Source: the human T2T-CHM13v2.0 reference genome, Homo sapiens
Assembly (NCBI RefSeq): GCF_009914755.1
Contig: NC_060925.1
Reading direction: 5' to 3' (one strand)
Length of the DNA stretch: 64,000 bases
Part shown: piece by piece, positions 34,802 through 49,449 of the stretch
Layout of the letters: the number at the start of each line of letters is the position of its first letter
Numbering within the stretch: position 1 is the stretch's first letter
Translations under genes and position numbers: made by a program
The notes under the pieces: generated by a model
Databases searched by the model: none
What the model saw: the letters and a program-made list of their open reading frames with translations, nothing else
What the model was told of the DNA's origin: nothing

Positions 34802-34963
34802 ATGACTGCTCTCTTTCTGATGTCCATGCTTTTTGGCCTTGCATGTGGGCAAGCGATGTCTTTTTGTATTCCAACTGAGTATACAATGCACATCGAAAGG
34901 AGAGAGTGTGCTTATTGCCTAACCATCAACACCACCATCTGTGCTGGATATTGTATGACACGG
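34802..34963 (+). CDS. TSHB: thyrotropin beta subunit, exon 2 (codons 1-54: signal peptide and CAGYC)
   Basis: Acceptor tttag|C at 34800/34801; [54 protein letters not shown]; donor GTATGT at 34964. Confidence 0.98.
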
Positions 34964-35411
34964 GTATGTAGTTCATGTCACTTCTTTTGGCTGTAAATTA
35001 TATAAGCCCTGAAGAAGTCCATTCCTATATAGAAAGGAAATGAAATAAATCACAACCTCATTTCCCAAATCTAATGGTTATTGGCTCCTTAGAAGCAGAG
35101 TACACAGGTTACAATATTATGTGAATCTACTCAGCACAATGGATACGCATAATTTTATAACAGTTTTGTGTCCCAGCTTTACTTAAACCTTATCTTGTTC
35201 CCATGATCAACGATGAAAGAGAGGAGGGTCTCACTTTTGTCTCTGTAGAATTCAACGTGGTTAAGTTGGTATTGGAGAATGGGGCTAAGCAATTCTTTCG
35301 CAGTTGTATTTGTGATGAAGGAATATAAGTGAATTTATTTTTATGTTTCTATTATCTATATGTTTCCTAAAGTCCTGTCACATTATGCTCTCTTTTCTGT
35401 TCTTTCCCCAG

Positions 35412-35666
35412 GATATCAATGGCAAACTGTTTCTTCCCAAATATGCTCTGTCCCAGGATGTTTGCACATATAGAGACTTCATCTACAGGACTGTAGAAAT
35501 ACCAGGATGCCCACTCCATGTTGCTCCCTATTTTTCCTATCCTGTTGCTTTAAGCTGTAAGTGTGGCAAGTGCAATACTGACTATAGTGACTGCATACAT
35601 GAAGCCATCAAGACAAACTACTGTACCAAACCTCAGAAGTCTTATCTGGTAGGATTTTCTGTCTAA
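35412..35666 (+). CDS. TSHB: thyrotropin beta subunit, exon 3 (codons 55-138)
   Basis: Polypyrimidine tract + cag| at 35411; [23 protein letters not shown]...[14 protein letters not shown]; 54+84 = 138 aa cystine-knot hormone. Confidence 0.98.
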   Translation, partial: DINGKLFLPKYALSQDVCTYRDFIYRTVEIPGCPLHVAPYFSYPVALSCKCGKCNTDYSDCIHEAIKTNYCTKPQKSYLVGFSV

Positions 35667-35707
35667 TAGTGATATAATTTGCAATTTGGTTAAATGTGCT
35701 TGCCTGA

Positions 35708-35722
35708 AATAAAGCTAATAAA
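35708..35722 (+). terminator. TSHB: TSHB polyadenylation signals (two AATAAA)
   Basis: AATAAA at 35708-35713 and 35717-35722, then T/GT-rich sequence. Confidence 0.85.
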
Positions 35723-37289
35723 AATATTATGTTTCACATTATCTTCTGTTCATTTTGAGTACTATTTAATCCATACCCATACCTACACAGGCGTTAGAGA
35801 GCTTAAGTGGTTTTAGAAGAAAAGGTGAATGAATGGACCTTTTGGGCTCAGTTGAAGGTTGGTTTTCACGTGAAAGAGCAGAGTGGTGGTAAAATGGAGA
35901 ACAGGGATATGAAATGCCAAAAAGCTCACCTTGAACAGTCTCTCCTAACAGAGGGCCAGGAGGTTTCTATGATATAGAAAGTGAATGTGGGATGACTACA
36001 GAGTTATGAAGAGAGAGTAATGTGATCAAAAGCTGAAGGAACACATGGTGTCAGGATACTGGAGACATCTACTTCCAAAGGCTAGAAGCAGGGCTGGCAT
36101 GGAGGTGGGGAGTAAGGAGCATGTGGAATCTACAGTGGAGTGCTTTATTCCTGGTCATTCAAATGCACTGGATAAAACTCCACCCAAACTCAGAAGAGTC
36201 TAGGAACTATTTTCTTTAATTAATTACTCTGGTGCACCAAGTGACCTATGAAAGTTATACCCCAAAAAGTCAGTTTACAAAGCCTAGAAAAGAGGCCACG
36301 ATCATTTTACATGTGGAAGTCTAAATCCTTTGTAGGCCTTCAAGTAATAGGAGATGCTTTTCAGCATTTATACCAAAAGTAACTGGTGCTGTTTTGACTT
36401 TTAATGTAATGAAAAACTGGTATGACAATAAAAGGTTTTAGGGATGGGGGAGAGTGCAAAGGGATTTGAGAGAGTGGAATTATTCTAAATTCTAATCTAA
36501 ACCTTCATCAATATTGAAACACTGTTTTCTGGTAAATGTGCTTGGTAAGCAGCTGTTTATTTTTATTCTCCTTCCTTAGACACTCTTTCATGAGAATTTG
36601 GTTTCAACAGATGATTGACGTGAGACAGACCCAGTGCCCTGTAGACTTGATCTCAAAAAGTTGATATATCCTCTCTTTGTCCATTCCTTTTCATTCACAC
36701 TGCCCCACCAAGGTGAAAAACAGTTGTTAGCAGGGCCAGTTGCCTTTGCTGTATTCTATAGCCACCAGTTAAATTCAGCTAGGCATACTGTAAATGTCTG
36801 TATGCTGATTGATAGTGCATGGGGTGGGCTGAGGAGGGTGGTGGTGGTAGTGGTGGGGTCCTGTAGATGGATTAGTACAACAGGGAGGGAATAGATGTGT
36901 ATTTACATACAAAAGTCAGAACTCACATTATTTTACTTTAATATCTGAAATTGGTATTTGTGTGGTCTCCACATATTAATCTAGGGTTTTGTGTTCTCAT
37001 ATCAGCTGATAACATGGACATTTAAAGCTGCATACCACTTAAACTGTATGTCAAATACAGATCTTTAATAAATAAAAAGTCTAATGTTCAAATCTAACAG
37101 GGACTAGTCACAAATGCCTTCATGGATTCTGAAAAAGTTTTCTCAAGGATTTGAACTGTCTGAGTCTAAGTGCAATAAAAATTCTTTTATAAAGTTAACT
37201 TCCACTCTACTGTTCACTGTTGGGTTCTTCCCTACTTGCTTATCTCTCCTGGTTAATCCCCACTTATAAGACAACTCTATCTCACTTTC

Positions 37290-37735
37290 TCTACTTCTGC
37301 TACCCTCCTTCTACCTGCCGTTTCTGCCTGCTTAGCATCCATGTCTCTTCTTCTGGTAGCTGCACCTTGATTTCCCTCTGGGGTTCTCTTCACCTACAGT
37401 TTGAGTTCAAGTGGTTTCAGTGGGGATGATGAGGGTGGGTATGCTACTAGGCTCAACCAAACCTGGACTATTAGAAAGAGAAGTGGTTGGCCTGTTGGAG
37501 TTCCTAAACTGATAAAATGTGAGCCTGGAGTTGCTGCTGGCCATCTTTGGCATCCCTTGGAAACAGCTAGCTGTCCAACCCAGTGGAGAGCAAGAGAGAC
37601 TGAGGAGAGAGAGGCCTATTGATATCATTTGAGCCTAATCTGAAGCTGGCTTCACCCCTTAAAAGAAACCATAACTTCCCTTTTCTGCCCAGTTAGAGTT
37701 AGGTTTCTGACACTTGCAACTGAGAAGTTCTGATA
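37290..37735 (+). mobile_element. old MLT1-type LTR fragment
   Basis: 'gagcctggagttgctgctggccatct...ttagagttaggtttctgacacttgcaactgaga'. Confidence 0.5.
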
Positions 37736-38236
37736 GATTCAGCTCTTTCCCACTAGTTTCAGAAGATGCTCCTAATTCCATTCCTCATCTCCCCTAGGAC
37801 TTCATTGTTTGCTGTCGTATTTTCTCTTGCTTCCTTTTTCTTGATTCCTTCTTTTCAGTATGAAGCATCCTTAAATCTCTTTCCATCATAAAAAAAGCAA
37901 AAGCAAAAAAACAACCCTCTCTTGATCCTCTGCAACCATCTAGTTATTTGCCCCCTCTCTCCTTGAGTTCTTATTTCGAGTTTTGTGTGTGTGTGTGTGT
38001 GAAAGAGCCCACTACACTAACCAACTACTTCCTCACTTCTCGTTCTCTTCACAATCATTACAATTTGGCTTCCACTATTGTCCCCTCTTGAAATTGTTTT
38101 CAGTAAGGTCAACAATGACTTGCTAATGGGCCAATATACAGGACAACTGTTAGTCCCAATCTGCCCTGACCTCCCTTCTTCCCTAGAGGGCCCAGTGGTC
38201 CTCACATATCTGGATTCACAATGCAATACATCTTAT

Positions 38237-38955
38237 TGTAGCAGCCTTGCCAATGCACCACAATGTTTTAGTTTTGTTGTTTTTAAGTAGGACTCAGAGT
38301 TCTTTGTCTTACCACCAAGAAAATTAAGGAGCATGAACACTAGGGTGAGGATGAAGCGAAAGTTTAATAAGTGAAAGGAGAAAGCTCTCCTTTCGAGCAG
38401 GAAACTGAAAGAGGGTTGCTATTCTACAGTGGAATACAAGGGCTTTTATAAACAGGCTAGTAGGGCAAGATATTTCATTTACATAAGGTGTAAAAAAATG
38501 GTTAGGACTAGGTGTTTCATTTGCATAAGACACAAATTCCTGACAGCTCCTCCCTGTCTTTTTAGTGTGCATGTGGACTCTTAGCCTAAGTTACTCTATA
38601 TTACTTAGTTTCCCTTACTGTGCATGTGTAAGGGGGCGGAATTCTCCATTGTGGATGTGCCGGGTTCTGTGTTACTGCTCTTGGGCATGTTTCAAGCAAG
38701 CCCTCTCCTCCCTCCCCTGTGCAAACTCCCTTATCTCAGTATGTTCAAAAAAGGAAAGGAATGTGCTCACTGAAGCCTACTGTGTATAAGTGACCCTTGC
38801 TAATTACACAGAAGGTATCTTCATGGTGGACCTTGCCTCCTTATCTATGCTTGCAGTCTGATCTTTCAGGCTGTTCCTTTTTTAGACAAAAGGAATCCTA
38901 CAGAGGACTTATCCTAGCTATCTGCCTAACTGGTTCCTTTCTTTCTTTTTCCTCA
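38237..38955 (-). mobile_element. solo ERV1-class LTR (MER50/MER84-like)
   Basis: TG...CA termini with perfect 4-bp TSD TTAT (38233-38236 / 38956-38959); - strand starts tgaggaaaaaagaaagaaggaaccagttaggcagatagc. Confidence 0.7.
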
Positions 38956-40542
38956 TTATGGCATTTATAACCAGTCTTAAACAAGATGAAATCCACATTT
39001 TCTCCTTTTTTCATGTTTTCTTTCTACCCTCCTTCTCCAAGATGACTCAAAATCTATGCCATGGTCTTTAGCAGGCAACAGTAATGTAGGTCTGGACTGT
39101 ATTTTTGCTTGGTGATTTTGCTTGATTCTGTAGCGATGAAGATTCTAAACTTTGTGAAAGGAGGGCCAGTGTGGTGATAACTTTATGTGTCATATTGACA
39201 CTTTGGACATTGTTAAATGTACAGCATATGAGAAACTTGGGTTTGTATTAATTCAGCCTTGGATATCCTAAGGATTTATACTCATTAAAGACAGTTTTGA
39301 TGGCAGTTGTTAAAGAAACACAGGCAGCTAAGAAAGACTCTCCAAGTTTAGGATAAGCAATAGGTGGGGAGCAAAGAATTACTGCGGGATTTTAACTTAC
39401 TAAAGTAAGTTTAAAACTTTCTTGCTGGGGATTTAATCATAAGAGGTGGCTTATCTTGTTCAAATATGGGCATTACCATGCTTATATTGATTCCTACAGT
39501 TTTAGTTCAGACTTATTTTCCTGAGCTTCAGGGCCATATATCTAGTGCTTGTTTATATTTCCTCTTGGGTATCCTATAATCATCTCCACCCCATGTCATC
39601 ATCACAATCTGCTTTTCCTCCTGTGTACCACTATCTTCCACCTGCCAAGTCGGAAACCTGGGAATTACTCCAGATTCCTCTTTTTCTTTCATCTCTCACA
39701 TCCAATTTCTCTTAAGTCTGTCTACTTCTTAGTAGGCTTTCCAGTACATTAGCTACAAATCTTCCTGACTCTGGTGTTTGCCATCCAGTAATTCTTCATA
39801 TTAAGACTAAGTGATTTTTAAAAGGTTCAAGTCTAATTTTGTAACTCACCATGTAAAATTTTCCCCATGGCCTCAGGACAAAGATAGCACTCAAGTATAC
39901 TTTAATAGGGCTATTTATCTCCTTAGCACTTGACTCATTTTCTTTGAATGTTTCCATGCCTTTAATGTTTCAGGCTCTTCTTGCATGCTGTTCCCCAGCA
40001 ATCCCCTCATCTTCTTCTACTACTTTTGACTTGGCTAATTAGTATGGGTTCTTTAGGACTCAGTTTAGAGACTCCAACATAAACGAAGCCTCTCTCCTGA
40101 CCACTCTCCCCAAAGGTGAGCGGGCCTATTCTGTGTTAATGAGTATCATAACACTTATCTATAGTAATATGCTTGCTTGTTTTTTTCCATAATAAGCTGC
40201 TTGACAGCAGAGACTTGTCTTGCCCATCTTAGCATATCAATATTCTTATAGTTTTTCCAAATGTACAAAATAGTAACCCCCAAAGTAAAAAACCAATCCA
40301 ATATTAGTGTGGGTTTCATCTTATAAGGTAGAGTAGGCCCAGAGAAAAGCATAAGGACTCTAGCTATGGCTACTGATCTCAAGTCTTTGAATTAAAATAG
40401 AATTGGGAAAGATATCAAAAGCTATTCATTAATTCTACAAATAAATGTGTTCAAATGGATAATTGGTATCACAATGAAATATGTTCAGTTATGCATCATT
40501 TCTAGAAAGCTGTTTGACTTGTAATTAGCAAAAAGTTCTCCT

Positions 40543-40832
<290 letters not shown>

Positions 40833-41868
40833 GCAAAAAACCAAAAAACCAAAACCTCTCCTCATCAGAGTATTAACATAATTACAACAGATAATATTCA
40901 TTACTTGCCAGGTATGCTAGGCATTTTATATTGGTAATTTCTTTTAATTTTTTTCCATTTAATATAAGAACATCATAAATTATACAGACAACGCTGCCTC
41001 CTGCCACAAACAACTACCAAAGCTTTGAAAGGATTTCTGATACATTAGCTAAAAACTTTATGAAATCAGCATAGATTATGCTTTGCAACATTCAGGACAT
41101 GTTACTCCTGTTCTTCCTGGTTCCCCTATCCCCAGGAGATAAACTATATGAACAGTGGATTTCTGGAATGTATTTAGCCTTTGCTGTTATAATGAGGATA
41201 TTTTTAAAAATCATTTTGCATTGGTGAAGTCTTTTTACCTTTCAAAAGAAACTTACATATAATACCTTACAGGTACATGTTATAGTAAAAAACGAAGGAT
41301 CATGCTGAAAAAAAGTAGAAACCTTTTGTCCCTCTTAAAATCTAACTTAACATAAATTTGATTTGGATGAGCCCGAACTAAGATAATGCAGTTAATCTAC
41401 TAGCTTTGAAGGCCCATGAGTGTTCTCTCCCAGGGGTGGCGAAAATGATGTTGTTGAAATTGAGGAGCTGGTGGTCAAAGAGGATGTCAAAGGGGCCATG
41501 AACCAGGAAAGCAGGGGTGTGGTGCACCTACTAAAGTTCCAGTGGCTTTCCCAGTGGCTGTGGAAACTCCATTTTACCCATGACAGAAGGGTACCTCTTC
41601 CTTTTCATCTTCGATAAACCTGTTTCAGAAGGGAAAACATGCTATCTCCTTCATTGCCATCTTCCCACCAGCCTCATTCTCACTCAGCCAAATCTATAAA
41701 CACCGCTCACAGGGTAAGGAGAACAATTATAGTTGCTGACTGCATGGGGAACCACACTGGACCCTGCGTCAGTGTGCAATTTTATAGCTTGAACCATGGA
41801 TAATAAAGGAGCAATTCTGCGGAAAAGAGGTATAATTTACATAAAAAATATGAATTAAAATACAACTA

Positions 41869-42093
41869 TAGTTGATCCTCAGTATCTGTGGGTTCTGTAT
41901 CTGTGGATTTAACCGACTACAGATTAAAACAATTTGGACCAAAAAAAAAAAATGGTTGCATCTGTACTGAACACGTATAAAATTTTTCTTGCCATTATTC
42001 CCTAAGCAATACAGCATAACAAGTATTTATACAGCATGTCCTTTGAATTAAGTAAACAAGTAATCTAGAAATGATTTAAAGTATACAGGAGGA
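41869..42093. mobile_element. MER2 (Tigger MITE), left part
   Basis: 'gttgatcctcagtatctgtgggttctgtatctgtggatttaacc...gatttaaagtatacaggagga'. Confidence 0.75.
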
Positions 42094-44545
42094 GCTAGGA
42101 AGTGGGGCAAGATGCTGGAATAGAACCCTGCAGTGATAGGGCCCCCTACCTGCAGGAACATCAAATTGAACAACTATCTACAAAATAAAGCCCTTTCAAA
42201 AGAACTAAGAAATCAGGTGAGAGATCACAGCACTTGGTTTTAATAAAATAACAAGGAAAGATGCATTAAAGAGGGTAGGAAGGACGGTATTGCATTGCCT
42301 ACACCACCCCATTCCCAACCCCAGGCAGTGCAGCACAGAGAGAGAATCTGCGTGCTTAGTGGAGGGAAAGCAAAATATGAGGGATTTTGCATTGGAACTC
42401 AGAGCTGTTCTGACACAGAACACAACACCAGGCAGAATTTCTCTGATGCTCAAGAAGGGAGCACTTCAACCAGTCCCGGGGCAGAGGGGAATCTTTTGCA
42501 GCAGGAGGAGGAACACAAGTCACAGCCGGCTTCACTACAGGCTGAGTAAAGTGGTCTGGGGTTCCAAATAAATTCAAGTGGCAGTCAGGCCATAATGACT
42601 TCCATCTTTGGGCAAACCCTGGTGTTGCATTGGTCTTGGAGGCAGTGGGATTGGGATGTGACCTGGTGCAACACCAGCTGCAGCAGCCACGAGAGTGCTG
42701 GTGTCACCTCATCCCAACTCCAGGCAGTGCAGCAAGAAGGGAGACTCCTTCTGCTTGGGGGAACAAGATGTTACTCTTTGTCTCGCGACTGGGTACCAGC
42801 CCAGCCACAGTAAAACAAAGCACCTAGCAGAATCTTGAAGCCCCTATTTCTAGGCCACTGCTCCTGGACCACACTTCTATACCCACTCCAGACCAGGAGG
42901 GAATCCACTGCCCTGGCAGGGCAGACCCAATTCTTGGCTGGCTTTACTACCTGCTGACAAAAGTGTCCTTGGGCCTTGAATAAACATCAGTGCAGTCAGA
43001 CAATAGCAGCCATGGGCCTTGAGTGTCCTAGTCCTATGCTGGTTTGGGAGGTCATGGGTATCAGATGCAACTCAGCGCACTGCCAGCTGCAATGGCCAGA
43101 GTGCTTGAGTCACCCCTCCCACAACACCAAGTGGCCAACCCCAGAGAGGGACTCCTGCTTGGGGGAAAGAGAGGGAAGAGAGTGAGGGACTTTTCCTGGG
43201 TATCCAGGGACTTCCCTTATTTTTTCCAAGTCCATCAGGGATGGGTATCCAGGAATCTGTAAGGAATCTTAGTGTACCTGGGCTTTGGACACCCTCTAGT
43301 GCTGAAATAGCTGTAATGACACAGGCTTACTGAACTCAAGACTCAGCTGCCTTTGAATTCTTAGAAGGCCTTCTGAAAAAGGATGAGGATAAACAAGGCC
43401 AGACTATGAAGACTGGAATAAATACCCAACTCTTCAATGCCAAGACATCAATGAGCATCCAAAAGCATCCAGCACAAAACTTCAGGAAAATATGACCTCA
43501 CCAAACAGACTAAATAAGGGGCCAATGGCCAACATTGGAGTGGTGGAAATATGTGATATCTCAGATAGGAAATTCAAAATAGATGTTTTGAGGAAGCTCA
43601 ATGAACTTTAAGAAAACAGACAGAAAAAATTCAGAAATTTATTAAAGACATTTAACAAAGACATTGAAATAATAATAATAAAAAAGAAATAGAAATCCTG
43701 TAGCTGAAAAGTACAACTGATTAACTGAAAAATGCATAATCACAGTGTCTCAACAGCAGAACTGATCAAGCAGAAGAAAGAATGAGTGATTTCAAAGACA
43801 GGCTATTTGAAAACACAAAGTCAGAGGAGAAAAAAGAAAAAAGATTGAAGTACATTACGAGATCTGGAAGATAGCCTCAAAAGGACATATCTAAGAGTTA
43901 CTGGCCTAAAGAGGAAGTAGAGAAAAAGATGGGGTAGAAAGTTTATTCAAAGAAATAATAGATCACTTTCTAAACCTAAAGAAAGTTATGAATATCCAGG
44001 CACAAGAAGGTTAGAGAATACCAAGCACATTCAACCCAAATGAGACTACCCTGAGGTATACAATGATTATGCTCTCAAAGGTAAAGGATAAAGAAAGGAT
44101 TCTAAAAGCAGCAAGGGCTGCTTTTCTTTTGAAGCAAATAACATATAGAGGAGCCCCAATATGTCTTGCAGCAGACTTCTCAGCAGAAACCTTACAGGCC
44201 AAAAGGAAGTGGGAAGACATATTCAAAGTGCTGAAGGAAAAAAACTTTCAACTGAGAATATTGTACCCAAAAAAGCTATCTTTCAAACATGAAGGAGAAA
44301 TAAAGACTTTGCTAGACAAACAAAAGCTGAAGGAGTTCATGAGCACCAGATCTGACTTACAAAAGATGCTAAAGGCAGTTCTTTAATCTGAAAGAATAGA
44401 ATGCTAAAGTGTGACAAGAAATCATCTGAAGGTATAAAGCTCATTGGTAAAAGTAAATACACAAATTCAGAATATTCTCATACATTAACTGTGGTGAGTA
44501 AACCACTCATATCTTTGGTATGAAGACTAAAAGACAAATCTATCA

Positions 44546-44935
<390 letters not shown>

Positions 44936-46955
44936 TCAAAAAGTGGGGGAAGATGAGTTAAATTGTAGGGTTTTTTAGTTTCTTCTAAAAACAACTAAAA
45001 AACTTGGTTGTTTGCTTCTTTTCTTTGTGATGAAAGTTACCAGTTTAAAACAAGTTATTATAACTATAAGATTTTTTGTCTCATAACAATCACAAAGCAA
45101 AAACCTATAATAGATACAGTAAAAATAAAAAGCAATGAATTAAAATGTATTACCAGGGAAGATAACCACAGAGAAAGATAGTAAGAATAAAATAAAGGAC
45201 TTAAGAACCAGAAAACAAACAATAAAATGGCAGTAGTGTTTACCTATCATTAATTACATTGAATGTAAACATGGACCAAATTCTCCAATTTAAAAGACAC
45301 AAGGTGACTGAATGAATGAAAAAACAAGACCCAACACTTTGTCTCTTTTTAAGTCAGAAACTGCAAAAAGAGACAAAGAAGGTCATTATGTAATGGTAAA
45401 GGGATCATTCTGCAAGAGGATATAACAATTGTAAATATAATTGTACCCAACATCAGAGCACAAAAAGAGAGCTAGATTCCAGTACAATAATAGTAGGGAA
45501 CCTCAAAACCCAACTTTTGCCAATAAATAGATCATACAGAGAGAAAATTAAAAAAAAGAAACATGAAAAGTCAACTACACTCTAGACCAAATGGACATAA
45601 CTGACATTTTCAGAACACTCATCCTACTGCTGCAGAATACGCATTCTTCTTGCCAGCATATGAAAACATTCTCCAGGAAAGACAACATGCAAGGGCACAA
45701 AACAAGTCTTAGCAAACTCAAAAAATTGAAATAATATCAAATATTCAGGCTGCAATGGAATAAAATCTAGAAATCAATAACAAGAAGAACACTGAAAATT
45801 GAATAAATACATGAAAATTAAACAACATGCTCCTCAATGACCAATGGGTCAATGAAGAAATTAAAAATATTTTTTAAATTCTTGAAACAAATGAAAATAG
45901 AAATACAGCATACCAAACCAATGGAGTACAGGAAAAGTAGCATTAAGAAGGAAGTTTATAGTAATAAATGCCTATATCAAAAAAGTAGAAAGACTTCAAA
46001 TAGACAAACTGATGATGTACCTTAAAGAACTAGAAAAGCAAGAACAAACCAAATCCCAAATTAGTAGAAGAAAAGAAATAATAAAAACCAGAGTAGAGAT
46101 AAAATGGACACTAAAAAACAATGCAAAAGAGCAACAAAATGAAAAATGAAATTTTTTAAAAGATAAAAAAATGACAAACTTTTAGCTAGACTAAGGAAAA
46201 AAGAAAGACCTAAGTAAATAAGAGACAAAAAAGGAGACATTAAAACTGATACCACAGTAATACAAAAGATCATTAGAGACTTTTGAACTATATGCCAATA
46301 AATGGAAAAACCTAGAAAAAATGAATACATTTCTAAATACATACAATTTACCATGATTGAATCATGAAGAAGTAGAAAACCTGAGCAGATTAATAACAAG
46401 TAATAAGGTAAAAGCAGTAATAAAAGTCACCCATCAAAGAAAAGCCCAGGACCTGATGGCTTCACTGCCAAATTTTATCAAATATTTAAAGAACACCAAT
46501 TCTACCAAAACTATTCTCCAAAATTGAAGAGCTAATTCAATGAGTCCAGCATTACCCTGATAGCCATACCAAACAAAAATACAACTACAAAGAAAATGAC
46601 AGACCAATATTCCCGATGAACATAGATGTAAAAATACTCAACAAAATACTAGCAAACAGAATTCAAAAACGCATTAAGAAGATCATTCACCATGATCAAT
46701 TAATTGGGATTCATCTCAGGGATACAAGGATGGTTCAACATACACAAATCAATAAACATTAATAGTAACAAGGACAAAAACCATATGAACATTTGAATAG
46801 ATACTGAAAAGGCGTTTGATAAAATTCAGTATCCTTCATGATAAAAACTCTCAACAAACTGGTGATAGAAGGAACATAACTCAAAACATTAAAAGCCATT
46901 TAAGATAAACCCACACCTAACATCACATATTGAACACGGAAAAATAAAAAATTAA

Positions 46956-47261
<306 letters not shown>

Positions 47262-49130
47262 AAAAATTAAAAGATGTGGAAAAAGACAACAATGCCCACT
47301 TTCACCACTTCTATTCAACGTAGAACTGGAAGTTCAATCCAGAGCAATTCAATGAGAGAAAAAAAGGGCATCCAAATTGGAAAGAAAGAAGTCAAATCAT
47401 CCTTGTTTGCAGAAGACATGTTTTATATTTAGAAAAACCTAAAGATTCCACCAAAAAAATTGTTAGAACTGATAAATGAATTCAGTAAAGTTGCAGAATG
47501 TAAAATCAAAATAAAAAAACAGTAGTATTTTTATATGCCAGCAGTGAACAATTTGAAAAAGAAATCAAGAAAGCAATCCCATTTACAATAACTACAAAAA
47601 AATTTAGGAATAAATTTAACCAAAGAAGTGAAAGGTCTCTATAATGAAAGCTATGAAATGTTAATGAAATAAATTGAAGAGGACAGAAAAAAATGGAAAA
47701 ATATTCCATGTTCATGGGTTGGAAGACTTGATATTGTTAAAATGACCATACTACCCAAAGTGTTCCACAGATTCAATGCAATCCTTATCAAAATACCAAT
47801 GACATTTTTTCACAAAAATAGAAAAAAAATGCTAAAATTCACATGGAACCACACACACACAAAAACTCCTGAATAGTCAAAGCAATCGTTGGCAAAAAGA
47901 ATAAAAGCTGGAGGCATCACACTACCTTCCTTCAAAGTATACCGCAAAACTATAGTAACCAAAACAGCATGGTATTGGCATAAAAACAAACACATAGACC
48001 AATGGAACAGAATAGAGAACCCAGAAATAAATCCATGTATTTACAGCTAACTCACTTTTGACAAAGGCACCAAGAACTTACACTGGGGAAAGAACAGTCT
48101 CTTCAACAAATAGTGCTGAGAAAACTGGTTATCTACATGCAGAAGAATGAGACCAGACCCCTATTTCTCACCCTACACAAAATTCAAATGTATTAAAGAC
48201 TTAAATATAAGACCTGAAACTATGAAACTACTAGAAGAAAACACTGGGAAAATGCTTCAGGAAACTGGTGTGGGCAAATATTTTTGGGGTAAAACCTCAA
48301 AAGCACAGACAACCAAAGTAAAAATTGACAAATAGGATTACATCAAGCTAAAAAGTTTCTGCACAACAAAGGAAACAATCAACAGCCACTATGCAAAACA
48401 GTTTGGAGGTTCCTCAGAAAACTACCATATAACTCAGCAATCCTACTGCTGGGTATATATCCAAAAGAAAGAAAATCAGTATATCAAAGAGATGTCTGCA
48501 TGTTCATATTTATTGCAGCACTATTCACAATAGCCAAGATACAGAATTAACCCAAGAGTCCATCAACAGATGGATAAAGAAAATGTGCTATATATACATG
48601 ATGAAATATTATTCAGCCATGACAATGGCTGAATAATGAATAAAATCCTGTCAATTGCAGCAACATCATAGAATTGGAGGATATTAAGTGATATAAGCCA
48701 GGCACAGAAAGACAAATATCATCAAGATGAATCATGTTCTCAGTCATATGTGGGAGCTATAAAAATTGATCTCATGGAGGTAGTAAATACAATGGTGGTT
48801 ACCAGAGGCTGGAAAGGGTAGCAGGCAGGGAGGGATGAAGAGGGATTGATTACTGGGTACAAAAATACAGTTAGATAAAATGAATAAGTTCTAATATTTG
48901 GTAGCACAATAAGGTGACTATAGTTAACAACAATTTATTATATGTTTTAAAAGGCCTAGAAGATCTGGAATGTTCCCAATACAAAGAAATGATAAATGTT
49001 TCAGGTAATAGATATCCCAATTACCCTGATGTGGTTATTACACATTGTATGCTAATATCAAAATATCCCATATATCCCAAAAGTATGTACAACTATTATG
49101 TAACAATAAAAAAATAAAAATTAAAAAAAT

Positions 49131-49265
49131 AAAGTATATGAGAGGATATGCATAGGCTACATGCAAATACTACACAATTTTATACAAGGGACTTGGACAT
49201 CTGTGGATTTTGGTATCCACAGGGGGTCCTGGAACCATTCTTCTATGAATACTGACAGATGACTG
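49131..49265. mobile_element. MER2 (Tigger MITE), right part
   Basis: 'aaagtatatgagaggatatgcatagg...ggtatccacagggggtcctggaacc...gatgactg' followed by TA. Confidence 0.75.
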
Positions 49266-49449
49266 TATATGCAGTAAGAGTCCTTAGGGTGTTGCTTTTA
49301 AGTCAACTACCAATAGCAAATTATAGAAGGGTTACCACTCTGTTTTTTTTTAATCACATTATTTGATTGGTAGTTTGACATTTAGATAAGTTGCGTGAAG
49401 GTTTGTAGAAAGATATAATAGGACTTTAAGATAAATCAAACAAGCAATT

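Noticed and set aside
34964-34996. ORF-track extension of TSHB exon 2 ([10 protein letters not shown])
   Set aside because: Read-through past the canonical GTATGT donor into intron 2
36817-36858. G-rich tract as a possible G-quadruplex downstream of TSHB
   Set aside because: Irregular runs and long loops in intergenic DNA; too common to single out
41695-41720. TATAAA followed by a GTAAGG donor-like motif in unique DNA
   Set aside because: The donor is only about 12 nt from the TATA box, too close for a first exon, and nothing else supports it
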